From positions 36,814-100,813 of the forward strand of contig CAMYJO010000010.1 in the NCBI GenBank assembly GCA_947258755.1: DNA of 64,000 bases, in the 5' to 3' direction. The DNA comes from an uncultured Gammaproteobacteria bacterium (GTDB lineage Bacteria; Pseudomonadota; Gammaproteobacteria; JAADHQ01). The position numbers and the translations under genes are program-made. Below the pieces are notes generated by a model. That model ran no database searches and had not been told where the DNA came from. It worked only from the letters and a program-made list of their open reading frames with translations. This document shows, in pieces, positions 10,803-19,302 of this stretch; the first letter of the stretch is position 1; each line of letters starts with the position of its first letter.

Positions 10803-12155
10803 ATGAATATAAATAGCGCATCTGCCCCAAGTCATGAATCATCCAGTCCAACTGCGGGTAAAATGACCGTATTGATTGTCGATGACTCCAAAGTCATCCG
10901 TCTGGCTCTGAATAAGATCCTGAAAGCCGACTTCGAGGTGATCCAGGCTGGTGATGGAGAAGAGGCCCTGACTTGTCTGGATGAGAATGATGCTATCTCG
11001 GCTATCTTTTCCGACGTTTCCATGCCCAACCTGGATGGCTTTGGCTTACTGGAAAAAGTGCGCACTTCATCAGAACAAAGAATTGCAAAGCTACCCTTTA
11101 TCATTATCACTGCTAATGATGATGATGATAATTTCATCAACAAGGTCAAGGACGCCGGCGGTGATGATCTGATTACCAAGCCATTCAAGACTAATGAAAT
11201 TAAGGCCTGCATCAATAAGTATATCTCCAGCGATCAAGAGCAAGGCCTCGAGCCAGAGCTGCCGTTGTCAACAAATCTCCCGGATTTGGATACGACTGCA
11301 CAAGCAGAAGTAGCTGCCAGTGCTAGCGTCGCTGACAAACCACTGGATTTCGATCTCTCCTTTGATTCTGAAGAAGATATTGCGAACACCGCCGATAAAG
11401 ATGTTGCCGAAATACTTGGATTTGATCTGGATGATGACTTGGCAACAACCGTTGCTGAAACTACTAGTGAAGTCGACAATGACAGCGCTAGTAATGGCGT
11501 TGAATTTACCGTGTCAGAGGACTTCTTCAACGAAGCTGATATTCCGTCCATGGATGATCCAGTGGTTACAGACATCCCGGAAGTATTAGAAGTCCCAGAA
11601 ACGGGTACAGTAGATCATTTCGATATAGCAGATATAGACTTTGAAACGGATGAAATTACGCCAGAAACAAGCCCAGCACCTGTCGCCGATATAAGCCAAT
11701 CGTCTTATACTGCGGGTGATAGTACTCAATGGACCCTTGATGATCCGGCACCCACAGAAGCAGCAAAACCAACAGACGAGCTGCCGTTGGAATTTGAGAA
11801 CGAAGCAGATGTCAGCATTCCGCCTGCCGTCATCTCCAAGCCTGAAGAAATTCAGATCGAAAGCCCCGACAGCAAGAAGATGCAGCTTGAGCAAGCCAGA
11901 AAACGTGCTATGGACATTGCCAGAGAACAGGTTATCGAACTCGATGACACTGCGACAGAGAGTAAGCCTGACGCTATACAAGCCAATAACGAGCTTAACA
12001 AGATCCGAGAAAAACTTCAGAAATTACGTGACCAGGAAATCCAGGATAGATCCTACCAAAAGGATCATGATTATTCTCCCATGGGTAAAATCACTTCCTT
12101 CTTTACAGGAGTTGTGCGTATAATACTGAGATTATTCGGTATTCGTAAAAAATAA
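10803..12155 (+). CDS. Response regulator receiver (CheY-like REC) protein with a long acidic low-complexity tail and a C-terminal amphipathic helix
   Basis: REC domain 'VLIVDDSKVIRLALNKIL...GDGEEAL...MPNLDGFGLLEKVR...ITKPF' with a conserved Asp pocket. It is followed by about 300 residues rich in D/E/T/S/P. It ends in 'ITSFFTGVVRIILRLFGIRKK'. An alternative ATG lies at 10863. Confidence 0.8.
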   Translation: MNINSASAPSHESSSPTAGKMTVLIVDDSKVIRLALNKILKADFEVIQAGDGEEALTCLDENDAISAIFSDVSMPNLDGFGLLEKVRTSSEQRIAKLPFIIITANDDDDNFINKVKDAGGDDLITKPFKTNEIKACINKYISSDQEQGLEPELPLSTNLPDLDTTAQAEVAASASVADKPLDFDLSFDSEEDIANTADKDVAEILGFDLDDDLATTVAETTSEVDNDSASNGVEFTVSEDFFNEADIPSMDDPVVTDIPEVLEVPETGTVDHFDIADIDFETDEITPETSPAPVADISQSSYTAGDSTQWTLDDPAPTEAAKPTDELPLEFENEADVSIPPAVISKPEEIQIESPDSKKMQLEQARKRAMDIAREQVIELDDTATESKPDAIQANNELNKIREKLQKLRDQEIQDRSYQKDHDYSPMGKITSFFTGVVRIILRLFGIRKK

Positions 12156-12172
12156 AAGGTAGCACCACCGAC

Positions 12173-12418
12173 ATGGAGTGCAATATTTATAAAGGAAAGC
12201 GTAAAGAGAGTCATTATCTTTTTATGCCCGCCACCATGCCCCTTGACGATGTACCCAGTTCCATCCTGACTATGTTGGGAGAAATGGAACTGGTTATGAA
12301 TCTTGAAATTCGTGAAGACAGTGTGTTGGCCCAATCAGATCCTAAGACCGTTCTGGAAACTATTAGTGAAAAAGGATTTTACATTCAGCTACCTTCGGAT
12401 AAAGATCTCATAATATAA
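12173..12418 (+). CDS. YcgL domain (DUF709) protein
   Basis: 'CNIYKGKRKESHYLFMP...VPSSILTMLGEMELVMNLEI...GFYIQLP' parallels E. coli YcgL ('CAIYKS.KK.GMYLYV......VPE.L...FG.P..VM.F.L......GFYLQMP'). Confidence 0.65.
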   Translation: MECNIYKGKRKESHYLFMPATMPLDDVPSSILTMLGEMELVMNLEIREDSVLAQSDPKTVLETISEKGFYIQLPSDKDLII

Positions 12419-12435
12419 TAAGTCAGGAGTTAAGC

Positions 12436-12720
12436 ATGGCGGAAACAGTTGACGACATAAGCATCAGTTATTCAGAAGATGGCATTGTCATTACCAAAGA
12501 ACTTGATAAGGAAGTCCTGACTAAGGGCGCATGGTCAACTATCATTTTCAAATACCAGGACTGGGACAGAACCAAGGAAGTCTACGGCCCTGTAAAATTC
12601 ACCATTAGGCGTTATCAAAAGCGCAATGGCGAATATCAGCAAAAATCCAAATTCAATATATCGAGTGTCGATCAAGCAAATAAAATAATTGCAGCGTTGA
12701 ACAAATGGATAGATGAGTAA
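12436..12720 (+). CDS. Hypothetical protein (94 aa)
   Basis: The ORF is tightly packed between the ycgL-like gene and the HDOD gene (6-nt gap to the latter). This suggests an operon. No motif recognised. Confidence 0.4.
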   Translation: MAETVDDISISYSEDGIVITKELDKEVLTKGAWSTIIFKYQDWDRTKEVYGPVKFTIRRYQKRNGEYQQKSKFNISSVDQANKIIAALNKWIDE

Positions 12721-12726
12721 CATCTA

Positions 12727-13587
12727 ATGGATGCCGTCAAAAAGATCATTGAAGGTACCAAGACGCTGATAGCGCCACCAGACGTCTGGTTTAGATTTAA
12801 TGAGGCAGTCAATACACCCAGCACGACCATTCAGGATATATCGGAAATCATCAAGACGGACCCGAGTCTGGTAGCCAATGTGCTAAAAGTTGTAAACAGC
12901 CCGTTTTATGGAATACGAAGTAAAGTAGATACGATCTCGAGAGCAATAACCATCATTGGTCTTGATGATCTATACAACATAATAACCTCCGTAGTAGCCG
13001 TCAATTCTTTCTCCAAGATAGCCACAGACCTGGTGAAACCAGCAACATTCTGGCGACATAGTTTCTGCACCGGTATACTGGCGAAAAAAATTGCGCAAAA
13101 TTGCAATGTATTGCATACGGAAAGATTATATGTTGCCGGACTACTGCATGATATAGGTAGTCTTTTACTGTATTCAAAGTACCCAACGGAATCAGAACAG
13201 ATAATTAAACAATCAGCGGGTGATGAAGAAATACATTATCGAATTGAAAAGGAGATGCTTGGGTTTACGCATGCAGATATAGGTGCCGAGCTGCTTACTA
13301 TGTGGGGTCTGCCTGATCCATTGACCAAAACCATACGCATGCACCATGAGCCTTGTGCCGACGAAGACATTGTTCTCGACGCCTGCATTATCCACCTGGC
13401 GAATGCCTTATCAAATTGCTACATATTGGGTACATACCTGGAAAAATTACCCGACAAAACCAATGAACCTGACTCCTGCATCTGGGACTATATTTCAATG
13501 TCAGATGAACAGAAGGATAATATCTATGAGGGCCTGGACGAAGAACTTGCTGACGCAATTTCTATCCTGATACCGTATAACATGTGA
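12727..13587 (+). CDS. HDOD domain signal-transduction protein
   Basis: 'VAGLLHDIGSLLL' and the surrounding HD-related region fit the HDOD domain (a degenerate HD domain). Confidence 0.75.
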   Translation: MDAVKKIIEGTKTLIAPPDVWFRFNEAVNTPSTTIQDISEIIKTDPSLVANVLKVVNSPFYGIRSKVDTISRAITIIGLDDLYNIITSVVAVNSFSKIATDLVKPATFWRHSFCTGILAKKIAQNCNVLHTERLYVAGLLHDIGSLLLYSKYPTESEQIIKQSAGDEEIHYRIEKEMLGFTHADIGAELLTMWGLPDPLTKTIRMHHEPCADEDIVLDACIIHLANALSNCYILGTYLEKLPDKTNEPDSCIWDYISMSDEQKDNIYEGLDEELADAISILIPYNM

Positions 13588-13614
13588 ATACGATTTTGTT
13601 CGTCATCCTGTCTA

Positions 13615-14205
13615 TTACTTCTGATTTTGCTTCACATTGGTTTTCTCGAATAGTTCAGTGTACTGAGTTTGTAGATAGTCTACATTTTCCAGTGATTTTT
13701 TCAGATCTTCTTTAAGACGTGCATTTTCTTCTCTGAGAACATGCATTTCTGCTGTCATATTATCGAAATCAGCATCATTATCAACTACTGAGTCCGACGC
13801 AATCTCCTCATCACTATCGGCCTTTATGGAACTCGCACTGGCAATTTCATGGTAGGTACCTGACAGAGTCGCCAGGTCTTCGTGGACAGTAAGAATCTTG
13901 GATTTATCGTCACCTCTGAATATTCGCAAAACATTCGAACAAATAAGGCGTTCTTTTTGTAGTATTAAGTTTGCAAAGTTATCACCTTCTACATCATTCA
14001 GGGCGAATGCCTTTGAAATTTCCTTACCCAGGTTTTCTTTTCGCTGTTTGGCTGATTCCCTGTATTGCCTGGTAAACTCACCTTGTACGCTGACCTCTTT
14101 TTTACGACGTATAAGAAGAATGGCCATTACAATCAGAAATATAATGATGATGACAGCACCGATCTCGGCAGCTACAACCAACAGACTGGTCATGAATTCA
14201 TTCAT
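13615..14205 (-). CDS. Membrane-anchored coiled-coil protein (196 aa)
   Basis: N-terminal transmembrane segment 'LLVVAAEIGAVIIIIFLIVMAILLI'. It is followed by a charged, heptad-like region ('LREENARLKEDLKKSLENVDYLQTQYTELFEK'). It lies immediately downstream of the VWA gene on the same strand. Confidence 0.5.
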   Translation of the reverse strand: MNEFMTSLLVVAAEIGAVIIIIFLIVMAILLIRRKKEVSVQGEFTRQYRESAKQRKENLGKEISKAFALNDVEGDNFANLILQKERLICSNVLRIFRGDDKSKILTVHEDLATLSGTYHEIASASSIKADSDEEIASDSVVDNDADFDNMTAEMHVLREENARLKEDLKKSLENVDYLQTQYTELFEKTNVKQNQK

Positions 14206-14244
14206 AGCATACCTCCAGGCACATAATATCTAATACTATATTCT

Positions 14245-16113
14245 TCATACGGCTTTCGCTTCTTTAATATCATTATCATTAAGATCTTCAATGTCATCCA
14301 GATCTTCAAGTGCATCATCCGGCTTTTGATCTGCATTATCAGTCACATCGTCACTATCAAGTAATAAGTAGTCGTCATCATTAGACTTGAAATATTTACG
14401 ATAAACAAAATATCCGCCAACAAACACGACAACATTGAAAAGTACAACAGCAATAGTCACTATCAACCAATTCAATGAAGTTTCTACCTCTTCAGCTGGA
14501 ATCTCTTCTTCTTTTACCGGCTCTACCTTGGCTACTGGCTGATGTTTATGCTTATGCGACTCATCTACAGCCTTCTTTTTAATACCAGGCAGGGTAGTAT
14601 TAACAGTTTTTTTGAATACGCGGTTATCATGTAGTTTCGCTTCTACCTTAATATTCAGATCTTTTGCTGCGTATTCCTCAGAGAGTTTGGTTTGCCATTT
14701 CACGCCAACACGCTTAAGCTCTATTCTGTTGCTGCCATCCTCAATGAAAAGTGATACATTTTCTTTATCGATGGCACTGTCATCAATATACGCTACAACT
14801 GCAATACTATTATCATGGTTGAGCTTGGTTTCAACCGTGACTGGATTGACTATGGCCGTGAATTCATGACGATATTCACGTGTAAACGTCGGACTTCTTG
14901 CGGTAATCAGTAGTACACTTTTTCCTTCCAACTTATCTGTTGTCGCAGGCGCATGATAAATACCACTTCCCTGATACTCTGTTTTCACTCTCGTTCTTGC
15001 CAAGCTACCTATTTTTTTCAGGACTGTGTCGACTTGAACGAGCTTGATAAACTGATCCTTCGCGATAATCTTCCCGTCTTCAGTCATATGTATTTTTATA
15101 TCCAGTGGGTCACCCGGTAGGATCTGCCGTGGTAGTTTATTGACATGTAAACGCAGGTTCGTCACGACCATCACTTTATTGTCTGGATCTACTGGCGCAT
15201 CCAGATTCCAGGCACCGGTGGCAGGTTTGCTGACTGTAATCAGTTCATAATTATCCGATTTTACCCATTTAACTGATGCTGGATGTTTCGCATGAGTCCA
15301 TATTTCACCATTGGGTACAATTAATTTACTGTCATGCTCATTATTGAACAAGACTATGGTCATGTCATTAATTGACTTATCAATATTAAAACGATTACCT
15401 TTCAATGGTACCGTATCAGGCTTCGTGGTTGACTGAAATAATTTGAAAAAATATCTATCGAGGTCGCTCGCTTTATTAATGACCGCATATTGACCACCGG
15501 TCTTGAAAGAGAGCATTTTCATTAACTCATGATCAGCATGTTGCGATAATGCAATGGTATGAACAGTCACTGCATTTTTTTGTAATCCCGGCAAAACTTC
15601 ATTCAGTACGCGTTCGCGAGAATCCTGATTGATAGAACTATCCTTGGATATATCAACGTAGCCATCAGTCAGTAATATGACGTGTTTTTCTTTACCCGAA
15701 TCATTTTTTATTAGATTTCGTGTAGAGACCTTGAGGGCCTTTTCTATATTGGTGTATAAGCCATAGGAATGTATTTTCTTTGCTTTGTTGAATGCGGAGC
15801 GTTTCCATTGCTTATTGACGCTCTGATGCTTAACCAGCATGTTGACATCTGCGGCAAATGTCCAGATACCTGCAGAAAGACCCTGAGGTAATATTTCAGA
15901 GAATAGTTGTACGGCCTTGGTGCGGTGATTGTTTGGGTCATTTTTTTTCATGCTGCCAGACATATCAATGACGACGCGAATATCCCTAGTCGTTGTCTGC
16001 ACCGATTCGATATTAGCAGATGCAGCAGTCCATGCAGGTACAGCAAATAGCGGCAACAGTAGTATCAATACTAATTTGATGTAAAAAGATCCATTTTTGT
16101 CAGTTTTACGCAT
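14245..16113 (-). CDS. von Willebrand factor A (VWA) domain protein, type-I membrane topology
   Basis: Signal peptide, then a VWA MIDAS-like motif 'VVIDMSGSM' with 'ILLTDG'. The long extracytoplasmic region is followed by a C-terminal transmembrane segment ('LNWLIVTIAVVLFNVVVFVGGYFVY') and an acidic cytoplasmic tail. Confidence 0.75.
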   Translation of the reverse strand: MRKTDKNGSFYIKLVLILLLPLFAVPAWTAASANIESVQTTTRDIRVVIDMSGSMKKNDPNNHRTKAVQLFSEILPQGLSAGIWTFAADVNMLVKHQSVNKQWKRSAFNKAKKIHSYGLYTNIEKALKVSTRNLIKNDSGKEKHVILLTDGYVDISKDSSINQDSRERVLNEVLPGLQKNAVTVHTIALSQHADHELMKMLSFKTGGQYAVINKASDLDRYFFKLFQSTTKPDTVPLKGNRFNIDKSINDMTIVLFNNEHDSKLIVPNGEIWTHAKHPASVKWVKSDNYELITVSKPATGAWNLDAPVDPDNKVMVVTNLRLHVNKLPRQILPGDPLDIKIHMTEDGKIIAKDQFIKLVQVDTVLKKIGSLARTRVKTEYQGSGIYHAPATTDKLEGKSVLLITARSPTFTREYRHEFTAIVNPVTVETKLNHDNSIAVVAYIDDSAIDKENVSLFIEDGSNRIELKRVGVKWQTKLSEEYAAKDLNIKVEAKLHDNRVFKKTVNTTLPGIKKKAVDESHKHKHQPVAKVEPVKEEEIPAEEVETSLNWLIVTIAVVLFNVVVFVGGYFVYRKYFKSNDDDYLLLDSDDVTDNADQKPDDALEDLDDIEDLNDNDIKEAKAV

Positions 16114-16337
16114 AAGTTCAGCTATATATTTATGTTATCAACCTATTTATCGGACAGATCACTTGTTTTCTTTAGTCTGAATACAGCCCTAATGAATTCT
16201 TATTTATCATACGAATCATATTCTTAGGTGCATAATCTACATCTCTCTGCGGGCATTCAAATTGATTTAGTGACTACATACATTTGTCCCTAATTTATGC
16301 TAGAATCGCCCTCTATTTCATTGATTTTTATAAACAA

Positions 16338-18425
16338 ATGACTGATTGCAAACAACTGTTTTCATATCCTAAATTCTGGGCCAAGCGCTTTGGCAATGCG
16401 ACTAATCTGCCGATGAGCCGTGACGAAATGGAACTGCTGGGCTGGGATAGTTGTGACATCATCCTGGTCACGGGTGATGCCTATGTCGATCACCCCAGTT
16501 TCGGTATGGCCCTGATTGGACGCTTACTGGAGTCGCAGGGGTTTAGGGTGGGTATAATTTCTCAACCCGACTGGACCGATGTCGAGGATTTCCGCAAGCT
16601 GGGTAAGCCGAATCTGTATTACGGGGTAACGGCAGGCAATATGGATTCGATGGTCAACCGCTATACGGCCGACAGAAAAGTGCGTTCAGATGACGCCTAT
16701 ACGGCAGGTGGAGAAGGAGGGTGTCGCCCTGACCGATCTGTGATTGTCTATTCGCAGATGTGCCGACAAGCCTACAAAGAGACCCCAATCATTATTGGTG
16801 GTATTGAAGCGAGCCTGAGAAGAATTAGCCATTTTGATTACTGGTCTGAGAAAGTGCGTCGCTCAATACTTGTCGATGCCAAAGCAGACCTGCTGGTATT
16901 TGGCAATGCCGAAAGGCAGATAGTTGAAATCTCACACCGCCTGGCAAAGGGCGAGGACATAAGCAAGCTGACCGATATCAGAGGTACGGCGTATATGAGC
17001 CGTTCTTTGCCAAAGGCCTATAAGATACTGGATTATTCACAGATCAATACTAACGGTGTTGTTATGCCGGACCCTGACCCATATCTATCCAGCAGCGACA
17101 AACAATGCCAATCAGCACAGGATCAGCCAAAAGCAGGTTCACAAGAAGTCTCTCTGGATATGCCTGCGAATAGCGCCATATTTCTGCCTTCGTTTGAAAA
17201 GGTAAGGTCCGATAAAAAATTATATGCACACACATCACGCATCCTACACCTGGAAACCAACCCTGGTAATGCGCGTGCCTTGATACAGGCCCATGGCGAT
17301 CGTTATGTCGTCCTTAATCCACCGCCGATACCACTGAAGACCCGTGAATTTGATCGCTTGTTTGAGTTTCCGTACACAAGACAACCGCATCCTGCTTATC
17401 AAAGCAACAAAATTCCTGCGTATGAGATGATTCGTTTTTCGGTCAACATCATGCGCGGATGTTTTGGCGGCTGCACATTTTGCTCCATTACCGAACATGA
17501 AGGAAGAATTATCCAGAACAGGTCGGAAAACTCTGTCATTAAGGAGATTGAGACCATTCGTGATAGCGTGCCTGGCTTTACTGGTAGCATATCCGACCTT
17601 GGCGGTCCAACCGCAAATATGTATACGCTTGGTTGCAAGAGCAAGGAAATCGAAGCGGTGTGTCGCAGGCTCTCATGCGTCTATCCGGATATCTGTAAAA
17701 ATCTGAATACCAATCATGATCCATTGATAAAGCTTTATCGTCGGGCCAGAAACCTTAATGGGATCAAACGCATCTCAATTGCATCAGGGGTCAGGTATGA
17801 TCTTGCAGTAGAGTCACCGGAGTATGTCAAAGAACTGGCCAGCCATCATGTGGGTGGCTATTTGAAAATTGCGCCCGAACATACCGAGAGTGGTCCATTA
17901 TCGAAGATGATGAAACCAGGCATGGGCGTTTATTACAAATTCAAAGAGCTATTTGACAAATATTCTCAGGAAGCCGGAAAAGAACAATACCTGATACCCT
18001 ATTTTATTGCTGCCCACCCCGGAACCACGGATGAAGATATGTTGGAACTAGCCTTATGGCTAAAAAGCAATGGATACAGGGCAGATCAGGTACAGACATT
18101 CCTACCCTCGCCAATGGCACTGGCGACCAGTATGTGGCACACCGGTTATAATCCGCTAAGAAGTTTGAAGAAAGAAGAGAAGCTCACCGTGGTCAAGGGG
18201 CTAAAACAACGACAACTGCATAAAGCCTTTTTACGCTACCATGATGCCAATAACTGGCCTCTACTAAGGGATGCGCTAAAACGTATGGGCAGGGCCGACC
18301 TCATTGGTAATGGTAAGCGTCACCTCATTCCAAGATGGCAGCCGGAAACAACGAAAACGACTGCCAAGGGTAATCGCAAGAAGCACTCTTCTAAACGTTT
18401 CCGTACACAACACACAAGACTTTAA
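16338..18425 (+). CDS. ygiQ: YgiQ family radical SAM protein (UPF0313)
   Basis: '[13 protein letters not shown]...[56 protein letters not shown]' is near-collinear with E. coli YgiQ. Radical-SAM Cys cluster '[10 protein letters not shown]'. The ORF opens at 16284. The ATG at 16338 fits the homolog length. Confidence 0.85.
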   Translation: MTDCKQLFSYPKFWAKRFGNATNLPMSRDEMELLGWDSCDIILVTGDAYVDHPSFGMALIGRLLESQGFRVGIISQPDWTDVEDFRKLGKPNLYYGVTAGNMDSMVNRYTADRKVRSDDAYTAGGEGGCRPDRSVIVYSQMCRQAYKETPIIIGGIEASLRRISHFDYWSEKVRRSILVDAKADLLVFGNAERQIVEISHRLAKGEDISKLTDIRGTAYMSRSLPKAYKILDYSQINTNGVVMPDPDPYLSSSDKQCQSAQDQPKAGSQEVSLDMPANSAIFLPSFEKVRSDKKLYAHTSRILHLETNPGNARALIQAHGDRYVVLNPPPIPLKTREFDRLFEFPYTRQPHPAYQSNKIPAYEMIRFSVNIMRGCFGGCTFCSITEHEGRIIQNRSENSVIKEIETIRDSVPGFTGSISDLGGPTANMYTLGCKSKEIEAVCRRLSCVYPDICKNLNTNHDPLIKLYRRARNLNGIKRISIASGVRYDLAVESPEYVKELASHHVGGYLKIAPEHTESGPLSKMMKPGMGVYYKFKELFDKYSQEAGKEQYLIPYFIAAHPGTTDEDMLELALWLKSNGYRADQVQTFLPSPMALATSMWHTGYNPLRSLKKEEKLTVVKGLKQRQLHKAFLRYHDANNWPLLRDALKRMGRADLIGNGKRHLIPRWQPETTKTTAKGNRKKHSSKRFRTQHTRL

Positions 18426-18465
18426 AACATTCAGAACCTGAGAAGTAGGGATGGAGCCGCTGTCT

Positions 18466-18762
18466 TCAATCAATCAGGTAGGCGCACTGGACACTGCCGA
18501 TCGATAACTGATCGCTGTCTTTGAGGTTGTGATAGCTGATTTTTTCACCATTGACCAGGGTGCCATTAGTGCTGTGTAAATCGGCAATCTGCACGTGTGC
18601 TTCACCATTTTTCATATTTTGACAGGTGATGATGGCATGACGTTTACTCACTGATTTATCGGCCAGAATAATATCATTTGCATTACTGCGGCCAATACTC
18701 GTACTGCCTTCCTCAAGCGTATACTCAATTGGATCTTCTCTGAAAACGACTAACTTGGGCAT
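18466..18762 (-). CDS. FHA domain protein (98 aa)
   Basis: 'TSIGRSNANDIILADKSVSKRHAII...STNGTLVNGEKI' matches the FHA core (G-R...S..HA...NG...). Confidence 0.75.
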   Translation of the reverse strand: MPKLVVFREDPIEYTLEEGSTSIGRSNANDIILADKSVSKRHAIITCQNMKNGEAHVQIADLHSTNGTLVNGEKISYHNLKDSDQLSIGSVQCAYLID

Positions 18763-19302
18763 TGCTTTCTTCTACTTGCTCATGGTTTAAGTAAACCAAA
18801 TAACTGTGTGTAATATACGGTAATATGAGTGAGTATATATTAACACTATTGCTAAATTCCAATCTCATTTCAATTCTACAATAAAGTTATAACTTATTGT
18901 TATTAAGGATATTACTTATAGCTATCATGCATGTAATATAGTAATAAACAACAATAGTACCCGCCTAACATTAATAGAATCCATATTTCGACTGACAGCG
19001 ACACCTCGGTGAGGCAATTGATCGTGCTTGATGTGACAGCTGAGCAACGACGACTGACGTCAGCTGGATTCGTAGCATCACCGATAACATATTGATTGTA
19101 TGGTAGATAATTCAGACAGCTGCAAGCACCGACAACAGAACGATGACAATGAATAGATCGTCGCTCACGGTAAAATAATTAGTCCTTGTTTTCATTACAG
19201 ATTCAGATCAAGTTCAGCTGAATTCAGCCGTAATAATTATAGGTACACACTTTATGTGTAAGGATTCACAATTAATAGTCCTGCGACGGACATAGAGAAA
19301 CA

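Noticed and set aside
11234-11981. Ser/Thr-rich and Cys-rich ORFs on the minus strand (11234..11575, 11586..11981) inside the response-regulator gene
   Set aside because: These are shadow ORFs produced by the low-complexity acidic coding region on the plus strand. No independent motifs or start context.
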